Shown here one piece after another: positions 49,528 through 59,689 of a stretch of DNA of 64,000 bases (its first letter is position 1; the number at the start of each line of letters is the position of its first letter). Below the pieces are notes generated by a model that saw nothing but the letters and a program-made list of their open reading frames with translations, had not been told where the DNA came from and ran no database searches. The stretch lies in assembly GCA_963719505.1 (NCBI GenBank), contig CAVRCF010000001.1:1088001-1152000 (forward strand), given 5' to 3'. Both the position numbers and the translations under genes were made by a program. This DNA is from Halobacteriovoraceae bacterium (GTDB lineage Bacteria > Bdellovibrionota > Bacteriovoracia > Bacteriovoracales > Bacteriovoracaceae).

Positions 49528-50894
49528 CTGTTTCCATTAACAGGCTTCTTAAAGTTTTTACGAAACGGCTTTTTCTTAAAAGGTCTCTTTTTATTCCCAC
49601 CACTAGACTTTTGAGCTCTCTCTATTTCTTCCAGAGGTTTCTCACACTTCTCCAAAAGGAAACCTTTGAGATAAGATCCTTCTGGAAACTTTGGCATTGA
49701 AGGACAGTCGTCATTGAGACCATAGTAAGTCGATGTTTTAAGCTTAAGGCCTTTGGCTTTAATAATGTCGTGAATTTTGAATTGAAACTTTTTGCGATTC
49801 ACTTTATGTGTGTTTAAGAACACAACAGCTTTTCCATTCTCAGATAAAAGAGAATTAATTTGTGGAATTATTTTTTCGTAATCACTTAAAGCATTCGTTC
49901 TTTTGTTACCATCACTACTTGAGCTTGGTGGGTCACAGATAATTAAGTCATATTTTTTGCCACTAGCATTAAGCTCTTTTAAAGCATCCTTAACCGGCAT
50001 GGTCATTGATGTGTGCCCTTTTGTATCAAACTGCTCATTTAGAGCAAGATTCTCTTCGAGCCATTCAATATATTTTTCAGATAAATCGACTGATGTGACT
50101 TCAGTCGCGGCATTTTTAAGAGCGTAAAGTGAAAAGGCTCCCGTGTATGAATAAAGGTTTAAAACTGAACCCGCTTTTTCAAAAAGTGGCGCCATTTTCT
50201 CTCTGACCGAAGACATATCTGTGTAAAGACCAATATCGTACTGACTTCCTAGGTTTAATTTGTATTTAACGCCATACTCTTCAACTTCTAAATTTTTAAA
50301 TGATAAATTCGGATCAAAACAAACAGCTCCTGCTTTATGAGCATCAGAGTCCACTCTCATCTGTTTCCAAATTTGGCTTTTATAGATATCGATATCAAAA
50401 ACATCTCTCATCTTCTTCATAATAGTTTCAAGAATGAAGTTTTCAAATTTATCCCAAAAATAAGTATAGTGTTGAATGAGAATTTCTCCATCAAGGTACT
50501 GAATAAAAAGGCCTGGAAGAAGGTCAGCTTCTCCGAAAACGAGATAGAAATTATTTCTTTTTTCTAAAAGCTTAATTGTTTTTCTCATTCTAAAAGCTGT
50601 ATCAATTCTTTTTGTGCAATCTGCTTTAAACGACTTTGCTTGCTTTTCAAGATTTCCACCTTTGGCCCAAAGTCTTCCTCTTACGATCTTATGTTGAGGG
50701 TCATGGATGAGAAGTGCAAACGGCTTTCTGTCAGCAGTTGCAATAATAAACTTCTCTTTAGGTTGAAATTTCTCTGAGTATTCATCTAATGTCACCCAAG
50801 GGTTTCCTTGATTGATCATCTTTACCGAAGTGGGATGAATTTCATAACTCGCAACACGGCTGTGTGCATTTCCATAATTGTTTGAACGGTGCAT
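49524..50894 (-). CDS. RlmI/RlmK-like SAM-dependent rRNA methyltransferase
   Basis: GNPWV, GEADLLPG, VLNLYSYTGAFS, DPPS. Confidence 0.85.
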   Translation of the reverse strand: MHRSNNYGNAHSRVASYEIHPTSVKMINQGNPWVTLDEYSEKFQPKEKFIIATADRKPFALLIHDPQHKIVRGRLWAKGGNLEKQAKSFKADCTKRIDTAFRMRKTIKLLEKRNNFYLVFGEADLLPGLFIQYLDGEILIQHYTYFWDKFENFILETIMKKMRDVFDIDIYKSQIWKQMRVDSDAHKAGAVCFDPNLSFKNLEVEEYGVKYKLNLGSQYDIGLYTDMSSVREKMAPLFEKAGSVLNLYSYTGAFSLYALKNAATEVTSVDLSEKYIEWLEENLALNEQFDTKGHTSMTMPVKDALKELNASGKKYDLIICDPPSSSSDGNKRTNALSDYEKIIPQINSLLSENGKAVVFLNTHKVNRKKFQFKIHDIIKAKGLKLKTSTYYGLNDDCPSMPKFPEGSYLKGFLLEKCEKPLEEIERAQKSSGGNKKRPFKKKPFRKNFKKPVNGNR

Positions 50895-50897
50895 AGT

Positions 50898-51215
50898 TTA
50901 CTGAACTCTTGTTTTGATAATGTTCTCTGTTTTATCTAAGATTTGCAGAAGAACGTTGGTAAATTCAAATGGATTAGATGTAAAGTCTTCTAGTCCAAAC
51001 TCGTTAATTATATTTTCAACTTCCACACCCATATGGTCATCGTACGGATCAAAGTTGTGACACAAAAAATTAAGCTTTTTTATGACGATATCAAGCTGTC
51101 CACTTTCCATATTTTTAAGCATGTTTTCAAAGTCTAAAACAAGGGTTTGCCTTTGCGAAAGATCGGAAATACCTGGGCTAAGTTTAGAAAGTTTTGTCAT
51201 GAAGGTTTTTTGCAC
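50898..51215 (-). CDS. Hypothetical protein
   Basis: ORF coupled to the methyltransferase gene. Confidence 0.65.
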   Translation of the reverse strand: MQKTFMTKLSKLSPGISDLSQRQTLVLDFENMLKNMESGQLDIVIKKLNFLCHNFDPYDDHMGVEVENIINEFGLEDFTSNPFEFTNVLLQILDKTENIIKTRVQ

Positions 51216-51308
51216 TCATCAAGTTCACTGTCAAGCACAAAAATAGTAAGTATTTGAAAATAGGTAGTAAAAGGAGACTGTTGGCCTCTAATTTGCTTAG
51301 TTTTTGGA

Positions 51309-52169
51309 ATGATTTTGTTTATAACAAACCTTTTTATCTTTGCTTTAATTTTCTGGAAAATTTCGGACAAGCCTCTTAACGTTGAAGTCTTGAAATCTAG
51401 AGATTCACTAAAGCTGGGCAATGCGCTTTTTGAGCAATTAATGATCTTAGGATCTTTGGGGCATAGGGGAAAGAATAATATTGAACTGAAGCGGTATAAG
51501 TTTTTTACCAAAATAGTCGACTCCCTTATGACTTCGTCTGTTCAATATGGAACTTCTGTTCATGAATATTTGCCCAAGATTAAAAAGGCACTCGTTAGTG
51601 ATTTGCGGTTTGAAAAAAAACTAAAGAATGAATTATTGGGAGGTCTTTTTCAAATGGCCACTGTCCAAGTCTTCTCTTTTATTTTTGTTATGTGTCTGTT
51701 CTATCAATTAAACATCCGCTTTCGAATAATTGATCTTTGGTTTCCTCTCTGTTTGCAAGCTGCGGGTTATATTCTTTTAGTAACTCTCTTTTATGTCATA
51801 AAAAAAAGAACGTTCTCAAGTGTTGAAAGATATATAGAGACATTCTATCTTGTGAGTTCACTTTTGTTCGCAAGACTTCCTCTTGGAAAAATCCACGAAC
51901 AGTGCAAGATTGATTTGCTTCCAAGCAAAAGAGACCTAAACATTTTTAAAAGTAGACTCTCAATCATTTTTCAAGAAATTAAACGAACTGGTACCATTCA
52001 GGACCAAGAAATAGATATCTCCATAGAAGAGCTTTGGTTTTTAGTTGAGTATAAATTCGATACATTTTTAAAACACTTAGCAGCATTAAAATTGGTCATT
52101 ATCGTCTTCTTTTTCTTGAGCTCATTTATGGTCATTCTGATGGATGTTTTGTCGACTCTTAAACTTTGA
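51309..52169 (+). CDS. Membrane protein, divergent TadB/T2SS-F-like
   Basis: TM pattern and SSVQYGTSVHEYLPKIKKAL..DLRFEKKL..GGLFQM. Confidence 0.5.
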   Translation: MILFITNLFIFALIFWKISDKPLNVEVLKSRDSLKLGNALFEQLMILGSLGHRGKNNIELKRYKFFTKIVDSLMTSSVQYGTSVHEYLPKIKKALVSDLRFEKKLKNELLGGLFQMATVQVFSFIFVMCLFYQLNIRFRIIDLWFPLCLQAAGYILLVTLFYVIKKRTFSSVERYIETFYLVSSLLFARLPLGKIHEQCKIDLLPSKRDLNIFKSRLSIIFQEIKRTGTIQDQEIDISIEELWFLVEYKFDTFLKHLAALKLVIIVFFFLSSFMVILMDVLSTLKL

Positions 52170-52250
52170 ATTTTAGATGACTGTAAGGACTTAACCATAG
52201 ACTGATAGGCCTTAATTTGATTAAATCATGAAAAATTAAAAAGGATTGAT

Positions 52251-53924
52251 ATGACACAGAAGATTATTTTCTCTATGTCGAGAGTGAGTAAGACTTACCC
52301 CGGCAAAAAAACAGTTATCAAAGATGTAAGTCTTTCATTTTTCTATGGCGCCAAAATTGGAGTCTTGGGTTTAAATGGGGCAGGTAAGTCTACGGTTTTG
52401 AGAATTATCGCAGGTCTTGATAAAGAATATGATGGAGAAGTAAATCTCTCAAAGGGAGTCTCCGTCGGGTACCTTGAGCAGGAGCCAAAGCTTGATCCAG
52501 ACAAGACAGTCAAAGAGATTGTCGAACAAGGAGCAGCCGAGCATGTTGCCATAAGAGATGCTTATGAAGCTATAAATGAGAAGTTTGCTGATCCAGATGC
52601 TGATATGGATGCCTTACTTGAAGAGCAAGGCAAACTACAAGACAAGATGGATGCTTACAATATATGGGACCTCGACTCTAAACTCGATTTAGCAATGGAC
52701 GCACTTCGTTGTCCACCCCCAGAACAAAAGTGTGGAGTTCTCTCCGGTGGTGAGAAAAGACGAGTTGCTCTTTGTCGTCTCCTTTTGCAAGAGCCAGATG
52801 TTCTTTTGTTGGATGAACCTACTAACCATCTTGATGCTGAAACGGTTTTCTGGTTAGAGAGGCACCTTCAAAGTTATAAGGGAACTGTTATCGCGATCAC
52901 TCACGATAGATATTTCCTCGATAATGTTGCAGGTTGGATTCTAGAAATGGACAGGGGACGTGGAATTCCTTGGGAAGGAAACTATTCTTCATGGTTGGAG
53001 CAAAAGTCTAAACGTCTCGCTCAGGAAGAGAAAACAGAGTCTAAAAGACAAAAAGCTCTAAAGAGAGAATTAGAATTTATAAATTCCTCTCAAAAAGCTA
53101 GGCAAGCTAAAGGTAAAGCGAGAATTAATAACTATAATCAAATGCTCGATTCTAATACTAGTGAAAAGAGAAATGAGACAAATGATATGTTTATACCAAA
53201 TGGTCCTAGACTAGGAGACGTCGTTATTGATGCTTCTCAAGTCGCAAAGTCCTTTGGTGAAAAGCTCCTTTATGACAATTTGAATTTTAAACTTCCACCC
53301 GGTGGTATCGTTGGTATTATTGGTCCAAACGGCGCTGGTAAGACAACACTTTTCAAAATGATAACGGGTCAGGAAAAACCAGATGCTGGTACTTTCAAAG
53401 TCGGGGAAACTGTCAAGTTAGCTTATGTTGACCAAAGCCGAGAGATGGATCCAAACAAAACAATCTTTGATGTTGTTGCCAATAGTTTAGATGTCATAGA
53501 GGTTGAAGGAAAAGAAGTAAACTCAAGAGCATATATTTCAAAATTCAACTTTTCAGGTGAAGATCAAAAGAAAAAGGTTTCAGAGCTATCAGGTGGAGAG
53601 AGAAACAGGGTTCATTTAGCGACAATGCTTAAAGAGGGTGGAAATGTTCTCTTGCTTGATGAGCCTACGAATGATCTTGATGTGAACACTCTTCAAGCCC
53701 TTGAAGAGGCACTTGATAGTTATGCAGGTTGTGGCGTTGTTATTTCTCACGATAGATATTTTATTGATAGAATCGCAACACATATCTTGGCCTTCGAAGG
53801 CGACTCACACGTTGAGTGGTTTGAAGGAAACTTTTCAGACTATATGGAAGATAAGAAGCGACGACTTGGAGATGCGGCTGATATTCCTCATCGAATAAGC
53901 TATAAGAAGCTTAAGCGTGACTAA
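52251..53924 (+). CDS. ettA: Energy-dependent translational throttle A (ABC-F)
   Basis: SFFYGAKIGVLGLNGAGKS, GIPWEGNYSSWL, two ABC domains. Confidence 0.96.
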   Translation: MTQKIIFSMSRVSKTYPGKKTVIKDVSLSFFYGAKIGVLGLNGAGKSTVLRIIAGLDKEYDGEVNLSKGVSVGYLEQEPKLDPDKTVKEIVEQGAAEHVAIRDAYEAINEKFADPDADMDALLEEQGKLQDKMDAYNIWDLDSKLDLAMDALRCPPPEQKCGVLSGGEKRRVALCRLLLQEPDVLLLDEPTNHLDAETVFWLERHLQSYKGTVIAITHDRYFLDNVAGWILEMDRGRGIPWEGNYSSWLEQKSKRLAQEEKTESKRQKALKRELEFINSSQKARQAKGKARINNYNQMLDSNTSEKRNETNDMFIPNGPRLGDVVIDASQVAKSFGEKLLYDNLNFKLPPGGIVGIIGPNGAGKTTLFKMITGQEKPDAGTFKVGETVKLAYVDQSREMDPNKTIFDVVANSLDVIEVEGKEVNSRAYISKFNFSGEDQKKKVSELSGGERNRVHLATMLKEGGNVLLLDEPTNDLDVNTLQALEEALDSYAGCGVVISHDRYFIDRIATHILAFEGDSHVEWFEGNFSDYMEDKKRRLGDAADIPHRISYKKLKRD

Positions 53925-54843
53925 TTCTTTAGATTTTCAAAAAATTCTTGAGGAAATCGAACAAGAAGTTAAACAGTTCTATGGAATTGGAGAGGTTGCC
54001 AATTATATTCCCGAACTTGCAAACATCGATCCTGATTCCTTTTCTATGTCGGTCCATTTTTTAAGTGGTCAACATCATAGTGTCGGGAGCTTTGATAAAC
54101 CCTTTTCTATTCAATCGATCTCAAAAGTTTTTCTTCTTGTGATGGCCATGAAAATGGAGAAATCAGATCTGTGGAAAAGAGTGGGTAAAGAGCCCTCCGG
54201 GAATAGTTTCAATTCTCTTGTCCAACTTGAAGGTGAAAACGGTATTCCAAGAAACCCTTTTATCAATGCAGGAGCCCTTGTTACAACAGACTCTGTCGTC
54301 AATAGATCTGAAAACGCTTATTCTTTGATATTGGATTTTGTCAGAAGACTAGCTTGCAACAATGACATCAATTACAATCTGGATGTTGCAAACTCTGAAA
54401 TTGAGGTTTCTGACAGAAATATGGCATTGGCATATTTCATGAAAAGCTTCAAAAATATTACATCTGACCCTCAAGACCTGGTTGATATTTATTGTCATCA
54501 CTGCTCTCTTGAACTCACAACGCTTGATTTAAGTCGCGCATTTCTATTTCTCGCAAATAATGGAGCTGTTCCTGAGACAAAAGAAAAAATTATTTCAAGC
54601 ACTGATACAAAAAGAATAAACTCTTTAATGATAACCTCAGGTTTGTACGACAACGTAGGGGAGTTTGCTTATAAAGTGGGGCTTCCTGCAAAGTCTGGGG
54701 TTGGTGGCGGAATCGTAGCGGTCATGCCAGGACTATTCACAGTAAGTGTTTGGTCTCCAAGACTTAATAGCCACGGTAATTCATTTATAGGTTTAAAAGC
54801 TTTAGAATTGTTTACTGATAAGACAGGTATTTCGATCTTTTAA
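53917..54843 (+). CDS. glsA: Glutaminase
   Basis: GEVANYIPEL, FSIQSISK, EPSG, NPFINAGA, PAKSGVGGG. Confidence 0.95.
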   Translation: MTNSLDFQKILEEIEQEVKQFYGIGEVANYIPELANIDPDSFSMSVHFLSGQHHSVGSFDKPFSIQSISKVFLLVMAMKMEKSDLWKRVGKEPSGNSFNSLVQLEGENGIPRNPFINAGALVTTDSVVNRSENAYSLILDFVRRLACNNDINYNLDVANSEIEVSDRNMALAYFMKSFKNITSDPQDLVDIYCHHCSLELTTLDLSRAFLFLANNGAVPETKEKIISSTDTKRINSLMITSGLYDNVGEFAYKVGLPAKSGVGGGIVAVMPGLFTVSVWSPRLNSHGNSFIGLKALELFTDKTGISIF

Positions 54844-54874
54844 AAAAGGAAGGCCCTGAGGAGATCAGGGCCTT
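54842..54874 (-). terminator. Rho-independent terminator with the U-tract on the minus strand
   Basis: AAGGCCCTGA-ggaga-TCAGGGCCTT with the A-run on its left side. Confidence 0.75.
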
Positions 54875-55192
54875 AACGAAACACTTAACGATAGGGTTTG
54901 GAGACCGTTTCTAAGCTGCAGGAAGTAAACTCGAGAGAGTTTGTCAGCCGAAGAGAAGTATAGTTAGCTTTGAAGGCTAGAGTATTCGGACAGTTGATAA
55001 TGGTCGCCCTCAAAGCTAAAAAATGTGCGTCCTTTGTTGGGGACAAAAAGAAAGCTTTTACACTTCATTCTTTTTTTGAAATAGTTTCCAAAAATTCAAA
55101 CTTATATAAAACCTCCTTGTTATTATTAAATGATTTGTTCAATCATTTTGTTGTACTTAGATTATGAGAATTATGAGGGGAAAGCTTTTCTG

Positions 55193-55220
55193 AAATGTAT
55201 TTAATTGTAACAAATTGTAC
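55193..55220. promoter_or_regulatory. Three 10-bp-phased direct repeats, candidate OmpR-family operator
   Basis: TGTA at 55196, 55206 and 55216 (TACA-N6-TACA on the minus strand). Confidence 0.6.
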
Positions 55221-55259
55221 CCACGATTTTTTCTTTAAATACTTGTGATATGGTGAGTT

Positions 55260-55955
55260 ATGGCAAATATAATTGTACTCGAAGATGACATTAAATTAGG
55301 AGAACTCGTAAAGAGCTATCTGGAAAAAAATGAGCATAAAGTCACTCACGCATTAAGACCGTCAATTGGTCTTGACCTTATTAATAAAGAAAAATTCGAT
55401 CTTCTGGTTCTTGATGTCATGATGCCGGAGATGGATGGCTTTGAAGTTCTAAAAAAACTTCGAGATGAAAAAAATGAAATTCCTGTCATTATGCTTACGG
55501 CCAGAGGTGATACCGCAGATAGAATAGTAGGCTTAGAGTTGGGGGCAGACGATTATCTTCCTAAACCTTTTGAACCTCGAGAGTTGCTGGCAAGAATTGA
55601 TTCAATTCTTCGAAGAAGTGCTACCGATGAAAGTGTAACATTGCCAACGATTTATAAAGTAAAAAATTTAGAAGTTAATTTTGATAGAAGAGAAGCTTAT
55701 CTTCACGGGGAAAATCTTGATCTCACCACCATGGAGTTTGAACTCCTAACTGTCTTTATCAAAGAGAAAGGTAAGGCACTCAGTCGAGATGATATAATGA
55801 ATAATCTTCAAGGAATAGACTCAAACGTCTTTAGTCGCTCTATCGATATCTCCGTCAGTCGTCTTCGACAAAAACTAGGTGATAGTAAGAAAGAGACAAA
55901 ATTTATAAAAACTATTTGGGGCAAAGGCTATATGTTTATTGGAGCAGATAGTTGA
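55260..55955 (+). CDS. OmpR/CpxR/RstA-like response regulator
   Basis: LDVMMP, GADDYLPKPF, RSIDISVSRLR, TIWGKGY. Confidence 0.95.
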   Translation: MANIIVLEDDIKLGELVKSYLEKNEHKVTHALRPSIGLDLINKEKFDLLVLDVMMPEMDGFEVLKKLRDEKNEIPVIMLTARGDTADRIVGLELGADDYLPKPFEPRELLARIDSILRRSATDESVTLPTIYKVKNLEVNFDRREAYLHGENLDLTTMEFELLTVFIKEKGKALSRDDIMNNLQGIDSNVFSRSIDISVSRLRQKLGDSKKETKFIKTIWGKGYMFIGADS

Positions 55956-57175
55956 GTCAGATAAAGAGAAGACATACTCTTTTTGGAAGATTACTTGTCG
56001 TTTTCTTTGGAGCAGCGATCGCAATCGGAATCGCTTGGGTCATTAGTTTTAAATTTTTGTCTAACGACTCTTATAAAAAATCCTTTAATAAAAATATCAT
56101 TACTTATACCCGTTTAATTGCCGACAAAATGAGATTTGATCCACTTGCTCAATCTGTTATTGAGAAAGCTGCTGGTGTTAAAATTATTACAAACCGCTAT
56201 GAGATCATTGGTCTGATCAATAAAAAAGATTTGCACTTCAAGCGATTGACTTCATATATATCGGTTACTCAACCTCAAAAAGTGTTTTACGTTCTCTATG
56301 AAAATAACTTTGAATTCTTTATGATCAGAGTTGTAGACCAGACTTTTCATCCAGAAAGAGTTGAAGCGATTATTCTTTCATTGATTTTAGCTTTGATAAT
56401 ACTCTTTTTCCTTTATAAAAAGGTACAAAATATATTTAGACCCGTTGAAAAAATTCAAAAAATGGCGATTGAATATGGTAAAGGAAGATTTGATCAACTC
56501 ATTCCTGTTGAGGGAGATGGACAGTTGGCGGATTTGACCAGGTCGATAAATGACCTCGCTTTAAGAGTGAGCTCAATGCTTAATGCAAAAAGAGATTTAC
56601 TTCTTGCTATAGGACACGAACTTAAAACCCCCCTTGCTCGTTTGAGAATGCAGATAGAACTATTGGATGAGAAACACCCTGAGATGGTCGAAAATATAAC
56701 TGAAATGACTTCCATCATTGATAGTTTACTTGAAGCTGAGAGGGTTTCTCATCACTCTGATCTTAGCAAAGAGAAGGTCGATCTTGTCAGTTTTTTACAA
56801 AACTACAAATCCTATGAAGTCTCTGTCGATGCAACAGGAGAGTTAGAACTAGAAATTGATCCGATTCGAATGGATTTAGTTTTAAAAAATATTATAAATA
56901 ATTCTCTAAAATACTCAGGCCCTTCTCCTTTGATCCAAATAGTACTTAAAAACTCTGAAAGGGAAATTTGGATAACTGATAATGGTCCTGGTGTTAAAGG
57001 GGATAATCTAAACTCTCTAACTGAAGCATTCTATAGACCAGACGAAGGTCGATGTCGAGATGATGGTGGAGTGGGATTGGGTCTTTATTTAGTCAAAAAT
57101 ATTATAGATGCTCATGATGGTGAAATTAATTTTATTAATATGAATCCGGGTCTTCGAGTTATTATAAAGCTTTAA
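55952..57175 (+). CDS. HAMP sensor histidine kinase
   Basis: Two TMs, HAMP, GHELKTPL, DNGPG, GVGLGL. Confidence 0.93.
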   Translation: MSQIKRRHTLFGRLLVVFFGAAIAIGIAWVISFKFLSNDSYKKSFNKNIITYTRLIADKMRFDPLAQSVIEKAAGVKIITNRYEIIGLINKKDLHFKRLTSYISVTQPQKVFYVLYENNFEFFMIRVVDQTFHPERVEAIILSLILALIILFFLYKKVQNIFRPVEKIQKMAIEYGKGRFDQLIPVEGDGQLADLTRSINDLALRVSSMLNAKRDLLLAIGHELKTPLARLRMQIELLDEKHPEMVENITEMTSIIDSLLEAERVSHHSDLSKEKVDLVSFLQNYKSYEVSVDATGELELEIDPIRMDLVLKNIINNSLKYSGPSPLIQIVLKNSEREIWITDNGPGVKGDNLNSLTEAFYRPDEGRCRDDGGVGLGLYLVKNIIDAHDGEINFINMNPGLRVIIKL

Positions 57176-58235
57176 TTGCTATCTCTTCTCTATTTTCACA
57201 GACCTCGTGGAAAACCTGTTGTTTTTCGCTACCGAAAATATCTATGATTTGGTCGATTTTTTTGTCTTTGATAAAAACAACATTATCAACACTTTGACAA
57301 ATGATCTTCAAGATTAAGTCGTAGGAGAGATTCGAGTTACCATGAAGAAGAAAGAGAAGTGTTGCCCTATGAATTGCATCGACGGCTGAATTGGCGTGAA
57401 TGGTGGTTAGCATCCCCCTGTGACCTGTATTCATAGCTTGAATAAATGTAGTCACTTCCTTGGATCTCATTTCTCCTAGTATAATTCTCTCTGGTGACAT
57501 TCTTAGTCCATGAGTTAGCAAAGAGTCTAGAGATCCTGAGTTTCTTTGTGTTGAAAGAAGTCTTGTAACGTTTTGATGGGGGGAAATAATCTCTTTGGTG
57601 TCCTCTAGAACTAATAAATGCTCACAAGGCTTAGTTTCAGTTAGAAGACTGTTTATAAGAGTTGTTTTTCCAGAACCTGTGGCGCCGGCGACAATGATGT
57701 TTCTTCTTCCACTGACTAGCTTCTTGAGTTTTTCATGGTGTCTGTAATGACTGAGCGAGATGGCTGATGCATTAAGAACTCGAAAAAAAGCCTTGGGCTT
57801 ATTTGACTCCGTTAGACTTCCATCTGTTAAACTCACTCTAAATCTATTTTTTTGAATAACACAATAAAATGAACAAAATGGAGTTTCAATATTCCACGAA
57901 GCCCCATTTTGTAGAGCTATAATTGAGAGAACGCTTTTGAAATCATCGCCATGAAGATCATGGAGAAATTCGCTACTGCCAGCTGAATCCTTGATCAGTG
58001 AGAAGCTTTCATCATGAAGAAAAATCTCCTCAGTTGTCGGTGGTATCTTTTCTAAAAATTTCTGCTTAAAAAGAAGAGTGTGCCACCTTTTGAGAGCATT
58101 GACTTCAATTTCGCCTAAGAACTCTAAAGGATTTTCAAGGTGAGATGTATATAGCTCTCTCCAGCTAATTAATTGTCCTTTATCTACTGATCTTCTTATA
58201 TAGTCTTTATACTTATTCACGACTATCCTCCACAT
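57162..58235 (-). CDS. cpaF: Tad pilus ATPase, CpaF/TadA (VirB11 family)
   Basis: GATGSGKT, LEDTKE, LRMSPERIILGEMR, NTGHRG..TIHANS. Confidence 0.9.
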   Translation of the reverse strand: MWRIVVNKYKDYIRRSVDKGQLISWRELYTSHLENPLEFLGEIEVNALKRWHTLLFKQKFLEKIPPTTEEIFLHDESFSLIKDSAGSSEFLHDLHGDDFKSVLSIIALQNGASWNIETPFCSFYCVIQKNRFRVSLTDGSLTESNKPKAFFRVLNASAISLSHYRHHEKLKKLVSGRRNIIVAGATGSGKTTLINSLLTETKPCEHLLVLEDTKEIISPHQNVTRLLSTQRNSGSLDSLLTHGLRMSPERIILGEMRSKEVTTFIQAMNTGHRGMLTTIHANSAVDAIHRATLLFLLHGNSNLSYDLILKIICQSVDNVVFIKDKKIDQIIDIFGSEKQQVFHEVCENREEIAIKAL

Positions 58236-59673
58236 TTATATAGCAGATAATATGCTTGTAGCTTCTTGAGTGAGATGTTCCTGAAAATAGATATTTTAAA
58301 AATGGGATTTTATTTAAGTAGGGTATTCCCTCTAGTTTTGATTGGTCAAAGCTGTGACCAATCTCAAAGAGTTTGGAATACTTATTTAGCTTCACATAGA
58401 GTCCTGCTTTACCCTTTGTTCCCTCTATCGTGTCAGTTCTTGGTGTGGTTAGAGTGGATTCGTAAGACAGAAATGGCTTTCCATTTTTTTTAGAGAGAAG
58501 TGTTTTTATTTTTAGACCATAAAATTTCCACTGAGTATTTTGTCCAATTGTCGACGTTGTTGTCACTGGAATCTCACCTCCAAGGGATAATGAAGCCTTA
58601 GAATTTAAGGTTATTACGGCTTGAGGTTCTGATAGGAGGGTTGCCTTAATATTAAGTTCAGAAACATTTATACTCTCGCCTTCAATCAGAGATAAATGCT
58701 TTCCTTGAATAAGATTTATAAGCGGAGAGCTAAGTTTGGATAATCCTACTTTTATATTTCTATCATCCATTGACTCCACTTGGATAATCTTAAACTTTGC
58801 AAGATAGTTCTTATCTGAAAAGTGATCTATTTCTCGATCAAAAGAGATAAAAAGTTGGGCCTCCAGTTCCTTTACTACAGGGTCTTTGAGATCAATACCG
58901 TCAACGGAGCAATAGATTGAAATCTTCAAGTTTTTACAAATAACCTTACTTGCACCAAATTTATATAAAGAAGAGTAAGTCCTCTCAAAAATTGAATTTC
59001 TAACCTTTTTGGAAAGAGAGATATCAAAAACTAAATTCTCGCTCTTTAGAGATGTAATCTTTTGGATCGCCAAATAAGCTCTTAGGCTATCAACGACTCC
59101 TGTGACCAAAGCGTAGTCACCTTCCAGTGATACATTTAGTCCGATTCTTTTAAGTGTTTCCACATTCTTAAGCTTTTTCAGTTGTTCTCTCTTTGAACTA
59201 ACGTAAATATGGTAAGTTAGCTTGTTTTTACCAGACCAGATGACAAGATCACTGAAGCCAATAGACTTACCCTTAATATAGATTTTTTTTTCTTTTGAGC
59301 GAAAGATGGACTTAATAACTTCTTTATTGCCTACCGAATAATGCGTTAGGCTTTGCGCGTCAATTGTCAACTGTTCACCTTTGCCGATGAAGATGTCCTT
59401 TATTGCTTCATTTGCAGCTATGGCGTAAGATGTACTATAATTTGCGGAAATCAAAAAGATTTTGACAAAAAGCAGGAATCTAGATAAATATAGTGACCTA
59501 ATTTTAAAAATATAGAAACGTAAGGATATTGTTATGGCATCTAAGACTATGCAAACTAAATGTAGAAGAAAGTTAAGAGAGAAAAACGCTGGTAAGAAAA
59601 GAAAGAACAAACTTGCTAACGAAGGTTCAACTCCAAAGTTCGCTATACATAAAGATAAAAAATAATCTGTCAT
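58213..59673 (-). CDS. Tad secretin, RcpA/CpaC-like (divergent; start uncertain)
   Basis: SVGNKEV..GKSIGFSDLVIW N-domain, LLSEP, GGEIP, WKFYGL, GIPYLNKIPFL..LF. Confidence 0.82.
   Translation of the reverse strand: MTDYFLSLCIANFGVEPSLASLFFLFLPAFFSLNFLLHLVCIVLDAITISLRFYIFKIRSLYLSRFLLFVKIFLISANYSTSYAIAANEAIKDIFIGKGEQLTIDAQSLTHYSVGNKEVIKSIFRSKEKKIYIKGKSIGFSDLVIWSGKNKLTYHIYVSSKREQLKKLKNVETLKRIGLNVSLEGDYALVTGVVDSLRAYLAIQKITSLKSENLVFDISLSKKVRNSIFERTYSSLYKFGASKVICKNLKISIYCSVDGIDLKDPVVKELEAQLFISFDREIDHFSDKNYLAKFKIIQVESMDDRNIKVGLSKLSSPLINLIQGKHLSLIEGESINVSELNIKATLLSEPQAVITLNSKASLSLGGEIPVTTTSTIGQNTQWKFYGLKIKTLLSKKNGKPFLSYESTLTTPRTDTIEGTKGKAGLYVKLNKYSKLFEIGHSFDQSKLEGIPYLNKIPFLKYLFSGTSHSRSYKHIICYINVEDSRE
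59534..59665 (+). CDS. Unannotated 43-aa highly basic small protein
   Basis: TAAGGA RBS; MASKTMQTKCRRKLREKNAGKKRKNKLANEGSTPKFAIHKDKK; TTGACA at 59462. Confidence 0.65.
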   Translation: MASKTMQTKCRRKLREKNAGKKRKNKLANEGSTPKFAIHKDKK

Positions 59674-59689
59674 AGGTTGCTCCACGGGG

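Noticed and set aside
54875-55120. tmRNA, 6S or RNase P identity for the intergenic region
   Set aside because: No tRNA-like ends, tag reading frame or recognisable conserved motifs
54970-55167. 65-aa plus-strand ORF
   Set aside because: TTG start without RBS, located after a terminator, no protein-like features
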